From the NCBI GenBank assembly GCA_947453935.1, contig CANGJU010000003.1, forward strand, positions 1 through 58,429: a stretch of DNA of 58,429 nt. Reading direction: 5' to 3'. Of the stretch, positions 29,155-37,159 are shown piece by piece. The translations under genes and the position numbers were made by a program. The notes beneath the pieces were generated by a model. It had not been told where the DNA came from and did not search any database. It saw only the letters and a program-made list of their open reading frames with translations. This stretch comes from Bacteroidota bacterium. Lineage in GTDB: Bacteria; Bacteroidota; Bacteroidia; AKYH767-A; OLB10. Every line of letters starts with the position of its first letter. Position 1 is the stretch's first letter.

Positions 29155-30417
29155 TTAAGCACATTCTAATTCGAACAAGGTAATTTCAGGTAAGATTCCT
29201 ACACGTCCAGGGTAACCTAAAAATCCTAATCCGCGGTTTACATACAAATACTGTTTGCCTTCCTGGTATAAGCCAGCCCATTCTTTATAAACATACTGCA
29301 CAGGACTCCATCTGAAATAGGGTATTTCAATACCGAATTGAAATCCGTGTGTATGACCTGCAAGCATTAAGTCTACCTTCGGATATTCAGTTAAAATTTC
29401 TCCTCTCCAATGCGATGGATCGTGGGAAAGTAAAATATTGAAGTCGCTGTACTGAATATCTTTTGTTGCTTTCTTCATACTTCCATACTTCGGAAAACGT
29501 AAATGCGTACTCCAGTTCTGAACCCCAATTAAAGAAATTTTATCTCCGTTGTTTTCAATTACACGATGTTCATCTAACAAAATATCCCAACCTAATGCTT
29601 TATGATGATTAATCAATGATTGCAAATTTTCTTTTTTTGCATGATCACTTTCCCATTTTACATAATCGCCATAATCGTGATTTCCTAAAATTGAATAAAC
29701 GCCATGCTTAGATTTTAATTTCGCAAGCGCAGGCATGTGTTCGATTACTTCGTCATTCACATTATTGACTAAGTCGCCAGTAAAAAATACAACATCAGGG
29801 TTTAAATTATTGATGATTCCAACGGCTCTGTTCAATGGTTCCTGCGTCACAAAACTTCCCGAGTGTATATCCGATATCTGAACAAATTTATATCCGTGAA
29901 ATCCTTTTGGCAGGTTGGGTAGTTTTAACTTCACTTTTCGTACATGATAATCAGTTGCTCCTTTTGCCATTCCGTAAAGTAAACTTACAAAGGGAAGTGC
30001 CCCTACAAATATTCCAAGGCGCACAAGGAAATCTGATCGAGAGATTCCTTGCGGTAATACATTCCCGTTAGTAGCATCGGTTAATTGTTTAACCGGAAAA
30101 ATTTTGAAGTAACACCATTTTACAAATCGCGTTAAGTCATCCACCAGCATAAAAACCAAAATCAATAATTTCGAAATCATGATAATGAATACAAATGCGG
30201 TGAAGTAAGTACGGATAAATTTTGGCCATGTTTGAATGTCCCATATCATAGCACTTAGTATCACTAAAACACAAAAGGCTGTTAACGACCAATAGATAAT
30301 AGTGGCGGTTTTTTGAGAAAATTCGGAAGAATTACGTAGTGCAAACTTGAATGCCTGATAGACATACAAATCAATGATTAAGATAAGTGCTATTAAAAAT
30401 AACTGTCCGAATTTCAT
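29155..30417 (-). CDS. Membrane-anchored calcineurin-like metallophosphoesterase
   Basis: DIH, GDLVN, GNHD, SHDP, GHTHG motifs; N-terminal TMs. Confidence 0.92.
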   Translation of the reverse strand: MKFGQLFLIALILIIDLYVYQAFKFALRNSSEFSQKTATIIYWSLTAFCVLVILSAMIWDIQTWPKFIRTYFTAFVFIIMISKLLILVFMLVDDLTRFVKWCYFKIFPVKQLTDATNGNVLPQGISRSDFLVRLGIFVGALPFVSLLYGMAKGATDYHVRKVKLKLPNLPKGFHGYKFVQISDIHSGSFVTQEPLNRAVGIINNLNPDVVFFTGDLVNNVNDEVIEHMPALAKLKSKHGVYSILGNHDYGDYVKWESDHAKKENLQSLINHHKALGWDILLDEHRVIENNGDKISLIGVQNWSTHLRFPKYGSMKKATKDIQYSDFNILLSHDPSHWRGEILTEYPKVDLMLAGHTHGFQFGIEIPYFRWSPVQYVYKEWAGLYQEGKQYLYVNRGLGFLGYPGRVGILPEITLFELECA

Positions 30418-30439
30418 AGGGTAAAATGCATATTAATCA

Positions 30440-31096
30440 TTAAGGAGCTAATCTAAATACCATCCAGCTTTCGCCATTGCGTTCGTATAAAAATCGGTCG
30501 TGTAATCTGTTCGGGCGACCTTGCCAGAATTCGATGCGGTTTGGGATAACTAAATAACCTCCCCAATGCTCTGGACGAAGAATTGTTTTGTTTTCGTAAT
30601 AGGTGTTTAAGCGTGCAACTTCATCCTCTAATTCTTTTCTTGATGTTAGAATAGATGATTGTGAAGAAGCCCAGGCTCCAATCTGACTTTCACGTGGACG
30701 TACAGCGAAATAGGCATCCGATTCTTCCGCACTTACTTTTGAAATTGTTCCTTCTATACGTACTTGCTGCGACATTGCTTGCCAGAAAAAATTTAAGCAA
30801 ACTTGTGAGTTATTATTGATTTCTTCTCCCTTTCTACTTTGATAATTGGTGTAGAAAATAAACCCACGATCATCGAGTCCTTTGAGCAATACAATTCTTG
30901 ATGATGGCTTGTTATCAACTACGGATGAGAAGCACATTGCATTGGGTTCCGGAACTTCATTATTAACAGCATCGGTGAACCATTTTTCAAACTGCTTCAT
31001 GGGGTTAGCATCGAGGTCGTTTTCCGACAAAATTCCTTTGTCGTATTGCTCGCGCATTTGCTGTAAATGTTGGCTAAAGGGTGTTCCCTGACTCAT
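30440..31096 (-). CDS. pdxH: Pyridoxamine 5'-phosphate oxidase
   Basis: RIVLLK, FYTNYQSRKG, YFAVRPRESQIGAWAS, EFWQGRPNRLHDR. Confidence 0.97.
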   Translation of the reverse strand: MSQGTPFSQHLQQMREQYDKGILSENDLDANPMKQFEKWFTDAVNNEVPEPNAMCFSSVVDNKPSSRIVLLKGLDDRGFIFYTNYQSRKGEEINNNSQVCLNFFWQAMSQQVRIEGTISKVSAEESDAYFAVRPRESQIGAWASSQSSILTSRKELEDEVARLNTYYENKTILRPEHWGGYLVIPNRIEFWQGRPNRLHDRFLYERNGESWMVFRLAP

Positions 31097-31295
31097 GGTT
31101 AAATTATCGACGTCAAAAGTATAACATCCTTGTCGAATAAATAGTTTTTAAATTGAATTCAGATACGTTTTTTTAACAAAATGTAAGAAAGTGTAAGGTT
31201 TTTCGTTTTTTCAATTAATATCGTAGCAAAATAATATTAGACTTAGAAACAAAACCGTTAATCGTTAGTTTAAGACACTATCAAATCATACCACT

Positions 31296-31856
31296 ATGAA
31301 AAGAATATTCGAACCCACACAAGGCAGCTTATTAGTCTCTGAACCATTTTTAGCTGATTCATTTTTTAAGCGTTCAGTTGTATTGCTAAGTGAACACGAT
31401 AAAAAGGGAACATTAGGATTTATCCTGAATAAACCTACTGATGTAACCGTTAATCAGGCAGTAGATAATTTTCCAGAGTTTGAAGCGCCTTTATACTTCG
31501 GTGGACCAGTTGAGACAGATACGTTATTCTATATTCACACATTAGGCGAGACTTTGAAGGGTGCTATTGAAGTTACCAAGGGGATTTGGTTTGGTGGCGA
31601 CTTTGAAACGTTGAAGAAAATGATTGAAGAGAATAAAGTTACTACTGATCAGATACGATTTTATGCTGGGTATTCAGGCTGGGAGCCCGATCAGTTAGAA
31701 AATGAAATGCGTGAGAAGGCTTGGTTAGTGACAGATGCTCCTTCTGATTTTAACTTCTTAGGAGAACCAGAGGTGTTATGGGGTAAGGTTTTAAAGTCGA
31801 TGGGAAATGAATATGCAATTCTTTCAACTTTTCCAGAAGACCCTAGTTTAAATTAA
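31296..31856 (+). CDS. YqgE/AlgH family protein
   Basis: FKRSVVLL, GFILNKP, GGPV, FYAGYSGWEPDQLENE. Confidence 0.93.
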   Translation: MKRIFEPTQGSLLVSEPFLADSFFKRSVVLLSEHDKKGTLGFILNKPTDVTVNQAVDNFPEFEAPLYFGGPVETDTLFYIHTLGETLKGAIEVTKGIWFGGDFETLKKMIEENKVTTDQIRFYAGYSGWEPDQLENEMREKAWLVTDAPSDFNFLGEPEVLWGKVLKSMGNEYAILSTFPEDPSLN

Positions 31857-31880
31857 AAAATCCAAACAGGTTTTATAGAA

Positions 31881-31915
31881 AGCAGCAGATGATAATTCGT
31901 CTGCTGTTTTTGTTT
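31881..31915 (+). terminator. Intrinsic terminator after the yqgE-like gene
   Basis: cagcagatga / tcgtctgctg stem plus T-run. Confidence 0.75.
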
Positions 31916-31949
31916 TGAAAATAGATTTTTATTTTTTAATATTGATTTA

Positions 31950-32147
31950 ATGAAAATGTTGCTGATTAAATCTATTTCAGAGGATAATTTAAGACTTCTA
32001 TCTAAATATTTGAAACGAGCTGAAGTTGAATTTAAAGTTGTATCAGAAAATCAAATTGAAGATTTAGGCTTGTCATATTTGATGAATGAGGCTGATAAGT
32101 CTATACTAGTATCTAAAGAAATGATATTGAAAAAACTAAGAAAATAG
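31950..32147 (+). CDS. Small antitoxin-like protein (Bacteroidota RelE/ParE partner type), no toxin downstream
   Basis: 65 aa; EDLGL...MNEAD....VS...ILKKL pattern, recognised from recall only. Confidence 0.5.
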   Translation: MKMLLIKSISEDNLRLLSKYLKRAEVEFKVVSENQIEDLGLSYLMNEADKSILVSKEMILKKLRK

Positions 32148-32153
32148 TTTGAT

Positions 32154-32447
32154 TTAGTAAATAATAATCAATTCGTTTTGTATTCGAGAAAAATACTGCG
32201 GTTTGATCCCTTTTTTAGAAACCAAATCTACTTTGATATTTAAAAATTTTTCAAGTTCATTTGCTAAATCTATAAACTCAATACCTATTGATTTTTCAAA
32301 CTCAACCATTATGTCAAGATCACTATTTTTTGTTTCCTCAGATCTGCTATATGAGCCAAAAATAGCCAACTGTTTTATGTTGTACTTGCGAGACAAGTAA
32401 TCTTTATTTGATGATAAAATGCTCTTTATTTCGACTAAGCTTTTCAT
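32154..32447 (-). CDS. Minimal nucleotidyltransferase (MNT/MntA-like), no HEPN partner
   Basis: IFGSYSR......SDLDIMVEF, KVDLVS. Confidence 0.88.
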   Translation of the reverse strand: MKSLVEIKSILSSNKDYLSRKYNIKQLAIFGSYSRSEETKNSDLDIMVEFEKSIGIEFIDLANELEKFLNIKVDLVSKKGIKPQYFSRIQNELIIIY

Positions 32448-32516
32448 CTAGTAAAATTAAAAAGCAATTAATGATTTTCAAAGAGAAATAATGATCATAA
32501 GTTTTATATTTGTTCT

Positions 32517-33551
32517 ATGCAAAGTCGTACTGTTTCCATCGAAGATTTTATTGAGCTTTATAAAAGTAAACAGTACCCTTTGTTGGATGCGCGCAGTACG
32601 TCGGAGTACAATCGCGGACATATTCCAGGAGCACAATCGCTACCATTACTGGATGATGAAGCACGAAAAATAATCGGAACAATTTATAAGCAACAAGGAA
32701 GAGAGGCTGCAGTACTTAAAGGTTTTGAATTAATCGGACCTGAGTTTCATCAAAAGATTATTCGTGCGAGTGAATTAGCGCCCGAAAAGAATGTGATGGT
32801 GTATTGCTGGAGAGGTGGAATGCGTTCGAATATTTTAGCCTGGCTTTTACAAATGGCAGGGTTTAAAGTCGTGTTGTTGAAAGGCGGTTATAAAACGTTT
32901 CGTCATTGGGTGATTGATCAATATTCTTTATCTCGTAATTTAATTGTATTAGGTGGCAGAACAGGATCTGGCAAAACGGAAATGCTTCACATGTTGAAAG
33001 CTTCCAATGAGCAGGTAATCGACTTAGAAGGAATAGCTCATCATAAAGGCTCTGCTTTTGGTGCATTAGGTCAGCCACAACAATTTTTACAAGAGCATTT
33101 TGAAAATCACATAGCATGGGAATTATCATTTACAAATTCATCAGAGCCTTTGTGGATAGAAAATGAAAGTCGACATATAGGAAAGAATCAAATTCCGAAT
33201 GCTTTATTCGAACAAATAAGAACTGCTAGTAAATTAACAGTGAATGTCGATTTGGAAACACGTACCAACAGAATTATGCACGAGTATGGTAGCTTTGATA
33301 TAGAAGTTTTAATTGAAAAAACGCAGGATGTTTCGAGGCGAATGGGTCCACAGCATGCAAAAGCAGCGATACAGCACCTAACGGATGGGGATATACGCAG
33401 TTGGGTAGAAAAAATGTTGAGGTACTATGATAAAACCTATGAGCATTCAGGATTGAGTCAGGAAAATAAAAAATCTGCAACAGTAGATTTCAATTGGGAA
33501 GATGCAGCAACAGGAATTCGTAAAATGATTAATAAGAAGAGTGAATTATAA
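32517..33551 (+). CDS. mnmH: tRNA 2-selenouridine synthase (SelU/YbbB)
   Basis: Rhodanese domain with YCWRGGMRS, P-loop GRTGSGKT, DLEGIAHHKGSAFG. Confidence 0.93.
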   Translation: MQSRTVSIEDFIELYKSKQYPLLDARSTSEYNRGHIPGAQSLPLLDDEARKIIGTIYKQQGREAAVLKGFELIGPEFHQKIIRASELAPEKNVMVYCWRGGMRSNILAWLLQMAGFKVVLLKGGYKTFRHWVIDQYSLSRNLIVLGGRTGSGKTEMLHMLKASNEQVIDLEGIAHHKGSAFGALGQPQQFLQEHFENHIAWELSFTNSSEPLWIENESRHIGKNQIPNALFEQIRTASKLTVNVDLETRTNRIMHEYGSFDIEVLIEKTQDVSRRMGPQHAKAAIQHLTDGDIRSWVEKMLRYYDKTYEHSGLSQENKKSATVDFNWEDAATGIRKMINKKSEL

Positions 33552-33552
33552 G

Positions 33553-34596
33553 ATGGAGCAAAAAATTAAATTAACAGAATATAGTCATGGTTATGGTTGT
33601 GGATGTAAAATTTCACCTGCTGTACTTTCTGAAATATTAGGCAAGGCAAAAAGTAAGCTGACCTTTCCAGATTTGATGGTGGGTAATGTTACGAATGATG
33701 ATGCCGCTGTTATTGACTTAGGTAATGGACAAGCGTTAGTTTCGACTACTGATTTTTTCATGCCGATTGTTGATGATGCTTTTAACTTCGGAAGGATTGC
33801 GGCCACAAATGCGATTAGTGATATTTATGCGATGGGAGCGAAGCCAATTATGGCATTAGCGATATTAGGATGGCCGATAGATAAACTTCATGCTGAAGTA
33901 GCTTCAGAAGTTATGCGAGGAGCAATTCAGATCTGTGATGAAGCAGGTATTCCACTTGCGGGCGGACATAGCATTGATAGTCCTGAGCCAATTTTTGGAT
34001 TATCGGTAAATGGAATTGTCGATAAAACAAAAGTGTTAACGAATCAAGGAATTCAAAAGGGTGATTATTTATTCATCACAAAGCCTTTAGGTGTTGGTAT
34101 TATTACAACCGCGCATAAGATGGGGAAAGCGAGTGATGCTGATTTACAAAATGCAGTCGATTCAATGTGTCGTTTAAACAAGTTGGGCGAAGTCCTTTCA
34201 AAAGTGAAGGGTGTTCATGCGTTAACGGATATCACAGGCTTTGGTTTATTCGGACATTTATTAGAGATGCTTAATGAGACAGAGCTTGCTGCAAAAATCA
34301 ATACCGAGCAATGGCCATTACTTCCTAACATTGATACTTATTTGGCGCAATATACCATTCCTGCAATTACCTATCGTAACTGGAATAGTTATGGAACCAG
34401 GGTTGAAGAACCATCGGCGGATGTGTTACATATTGGTTGCGATCCACAGACGAGCGGCGGCTTACTGATAGCGGTAGCACCCGAAGGGATAGATGAACTT
34501 ACAGCGCTCATGAATGAATACAAAGTACCTTCAAATTGCCTTGAAGCCATTGGTAAGGTTATTAGCAAAGAGGGAGAGTGGGAGGTGGTGTTTTAA
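33553..34596 (+). CDS. selD: Selenide, water dikinase (Cys form); ATG at 33553 preferred
   Basis: GCGCKISP, DDAAV, TTDFFMPIVDD, GGHSID, DPQTSGGLL. Confidence 0.96.
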   Translation: MEQKIKLTEYSHGYGCGCKISPAVLSEILGKAKSKLTFPDLMVGNVTNDDAAVIDLGNGQALVSTTDFFMPIVDDAFNFGRIAATNAISDIYAMGAKPIMALAILGWPIDKLHAEVASEVMRGAIQICDEAGIPLAGGHSIDSPEPIFGLSVNGIVDKTKVLTNQGIQKGDYLFITKPLGVGIITTAHKMGKASDADLQNAVDSMCRLNKLGEVLSKVKGVHALTDITGFGLFGHLLEMLNETELAAKINTEQWPLLPNIDTYLAQYTIPAITYRNWNSYGTRVEEPSADVLHIGCDPQTSGGLLIAVAPEGIDELTALMNEYKVPSNCLEAIGKVISKEGEWEVVF

Positions 34597-34636
34597 TATT
34601 TTATTAATTATAATCTAAATTAAATTTAAATCTAAA

Positions 34637-34987
34637 ATGAGAAAGCTAATTCTACTATTTGTTTTGTTATTAATTTTTAACAACACCCAAGCTCAAACCC
34701 AAGCTGAAATGAATCAGGCTGCTGCGAAAGGATATTATAAAGCCGATGCAGAGCTGAATAAGGTTTATAAAATTCTAATGTCGAAGCTAGATGAGAATGG
34801 AAAAAGCCTTTTAATCAAAGCAGAAAACGACTGGATTAAATATCGTGAATCACATTGTAAATTTGAAGCATCTTTTTACGAGGGTGGCAGTATGCAACCA
34901 ATGATTTATTCGAGTTGTTTAGAAAGTGTCACTATGGAGCGAATAAAAGAACTGAAAGAGGCGATTAAAGAGTTTGGTGAATATTGA
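34637..34987 (+). CDS. LprI (DUF1311) lysozyme-inhibitor family protein
   Basis: Signal peptide; AQTQAEMN, ADAELNKVY, WIKYRESHC, GGSMQPM...C....T.ERIKEL. Confidence 0.85.
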   Translation: MRKLILLFVLLLIFNNTQAQTQAEMNQAAAKGYYKADAELNKVYKILMSKLDENGKSLLIKAENDWIKYRESHCKFEASFYEGGSMQPMIYSSCLESVTMERIKELKEAIKEFGEY

Positions 34988-34990
34988 TTT

Positions 34991-35356
34991 ATGCTTAGAA
35001 CTATCTTCCGTATCGTAGCTGGCTCCTTATGGTATATAGGTCGTTTAACACATTTGACCTATAACGAGATTAACGTTGTAGTTTATTATTTTGTCATTCC
35101 GTACTCCTGGTTGTTAATGTTGGATGCTATTTTCGGATTTCACTACTGCGCTATTATTGGGGGTTTGTTTTATTTCTTGTTCTGGCTAGCGATTAAAAAT
35201 TTTAGAAGTTTTTGTGATGATGTATTTGATTTGTCGGAGCGCTTTTTAAACTCTTTTAATATCTACGGCAGTAATTATGTGGCAAGTTCAGTATGGATAT
35301 GCGTGGCTTTGCCTATATTGATTTATGGAGTGTTGATTTACTATCTGATTAAATAG
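34991..35356 (+). CDS. Hypothetical membrane protein
   Basis: Three hydrophobic segments; FCDDVF..S..FL....G.NYV..SV.ICV. Confidence 0.7.
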   Translation: MLRTIFRIVAGSLWYIGRLTHLTYNEINVVVYYFVIPYSWLLMLDAIFGFHYCAIIGGLFYFLFWLAIKNFRSFCDDVFDLSERFLNSFNIYGSNYVASSVWICVALPILIYGVLIYYLIK

Positions 35357-35492
35357 AAAACGTAATTTCTGCAAGCTTGCAGCTTTTTTGTGTAAGTGTT
35401 TACCCTGATTATTTTCGTCGTGTGAAAAATATTTTTAACGATATACAATGTCTTAATATTTTTTGCGTTCAGAAATTTCAAACCTAAAAAAC

Positions 35493-35837
35493 ATGATAAA
35501 AAAATTACTGTTATCGGCTACGGCGGTAGGACTTTTAATGACTATTTCCTGTAATCAATCTAATCCTGAAGTTTCAAAGAATATTAAGTGGCGGGCAAGA
35601 ACCATTAAAAAAAACAAATTGGTTTATGCATTTAATATTGATTCCTTACCGGTAAAAGCAGGCGATACAGTCTTGTTGAATTACAACAGTGAGTCGTTGG
35701 GTTATTATATAGCTAATGTAGCGTATCCTGTACGTGATACTGCTTATTTAGATACCTACGTCGATTCAAATGGGGTAGAGCAAAGCTATCATTATGAAGC
35801 AATCAATGTTGTTTTGTTGGATAATAGTGTCAGGTAG
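35493..35837 (+). CDS. Hypothetical lipoprotein (ATG at 35493 preferred)
   Basis: MIKKLLLSATAVGLLMTISC lipobox-like signal. Confidence 0.65.
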   Translation: MIKKLLLSATAVGLLMTISCNQSNPEVSKNIKWRARTIKKNKLVYAFNIDSLPVKAGDTVLLNYNSESLGYYIANVAYPVRDTAYLDTYVDSNGVEQSYHYEAINVVLLDNSVR

Positions 35838-35923
35838 TAGGTTGTAAATTAGTATTGAATTTCAATACATTTTAATTTATTAACAGCTCAGAAAAAATTC
35901 AAACCAAATAATAATTTCACTTC

Positions 35924-36964
35924 ATGAAATATAGTTTACGAGAAAAATTAGAAAATATTATTCAAAATGAAGCTTTCAGTGATTCAGAAATCTCGCTTCG
36001 ATTAATTAATTTAATTAACCAATTAGATTTACATCAACCCGTTAAGAAGGAAGCGAAATCCATTAGTAATTTATATGAATCTACTTTATCAGAGGTTAAC
36101 ACTGACAAGCTGAATCATAATTATATTAAAAGTGGATTTACCACATTTGATAAGTCGATTCGAGGTTTTATACCTGGTGAATTTGTAGTGATTGGCGGAC
36201 GACCTGGAATGGGTAAGACACAGTTTGCAATTAATCTTGCAATAAATATTTCAAAAACGCATAAATCGCAATTTTACACCTATGATGATACTGAAGAAAG
36301 TATCATGAGGCGTATACTTTCTAATCTATGTCATATTCCAACATTCAAATTTGATTATAATGAGTTGTCGGATATTAACAAGGATATGATTAACAAGATT
36401 GGACCAATCGTTAATGAATTAAAATTACATGTTTCAGAATGTAATTACTTGAATTTTTTGGATTTCAAAGCTGACTTAATCAGGGATATAAAAGAGAAGG
36501 AACTAAAAGTAGTTTTCATCGATTTCTTGCAAGCCATTATTCCTTCGAAAACAAGATATAACCGCGAATTTGAAATTGGCTACGTATGTCGCGAGTTAAA
36601 AATGATTGCTAAAGAATTTAATGTTTGCATTATTACTACTTGCCAGTTAAGCAGAGCTGTTGAAACAAGAGGTTCTTCTAAACGTCCACAACTTTCAGAT
36701 TTAAGAGATAGTGGTTCCATAGAACAAGAAGCAGACAAAGTATTGATGTTGTATCGTCCGGAATATTATCAGCTGGAAACTTTAGAAGATGGAACAACTA
36801 CCAAAGGATTGATGGAAGTGATGGTAGTTAAAAATAGATGTGGAAAAATAGATTATATCCCTTTACGCTGTCTAATGGCAATTTGTCTGATACAAGATTA
36901 TAACTATTTCGAAGATGATTTTGATTTTGTGGAAAATCGTTTATTTGATCTTCCTGATTTTTAA
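35924..36964 (+). CDS. DnaB-like SF4 helicase C-terminal domain protein lacking the N-terminal domain; candidate retron partner
   Basis: H1 GGRPGMGKT, H2 FIDFLQ, H3 RELKMIAKE..CQLSRAVETR, H4 RPQLSDLRDSGSIEQEAD, KNRCG. Walker A lies at about residue 92. Confidence 0.9.
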   Translation: MKYSLREKLENIIQNEAFSDSEISLRLINLINQLDLHQPVKKEAKSISNLYESTLSEVNTDKLNHNYIKSGFTTFDKSIRGFIPGEFVVIGGRPGMGKTQFAINLAINISKTHKSQFYTYDDTEESIMRRILSNLCHIPTFKFDYNELSDINKDMINKIGPIVNELKLHVSECNYLNFLDFKADLIRDIKEKELKVVFIDFLQAIIPSKTRYNREFEIGYVCRELKMIAKEFNVCIITTCQLSRAVETRGSSKRPQLSDLRDSGSIEQEADKVLMLYRPEYYQLETLEDGTTTKGLMEVMVVKNRCGKIDYIPLRCLMAICLIQDYNYFEDDFDFVENRLFDLPDF

Positions 36965-36984
36965 TATATAAAAAATAAAAACCT

Positions 36985-37149
36985 AGAGCCGTTGCAATCA
37001 ACATTATGATGTCAACATATAGAGACATGGTGGTTGTGTTCCTGCAACCCGTGATCAGTTGGGTAAGGCTAATCGACTATTTATTTGTCGCTCGCTACGC
37101 TCACTCCTCATAAATAGTATCTGCAATCAAGATAATGGACAACGGCTCT
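36985..37149 (+). ncRNA. Putative retron msr-msd ncRNA
   Basis: Terminal inverted repeat agagccgttg (36985-36994) / caacggctct (37140-37149); stem-loop ggttg...caacc (37032-37049); hairpin actatttat/ataaatagt (37076-37118); ends 10 nt before the RT ATG. Confidence 0.8.
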
Positions 37150-37159
37150 TTTTAAATTT

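Noticed and set aside
33553-33620. Selenocysteine (UGA) recoding in selD
   Set aside because: The active-site codons are TGT (Cys) and the ORF has no in-frame TGA.
35369-35382. Perfect 14-bp palindrome ctgcaagcttgcag followed by a T-run
   Set aside because: It could be a weak terminator or operator, but it has no loop and no second copy, so no function can be supported.
35924-36964. Host replicative dnaB or prophage replication module
   Set aside because: It lacks the N-terminal domain, has an altered H1a motif, and has no neighbouring phage replication, structural or integrase genes.
36828-37028. 66-aa minus-strand ORF overlapping the DnaB-like 3' end and the msr
   Set aside because: Antisense shadow over a coding region and a structured ncRNA; no motif.
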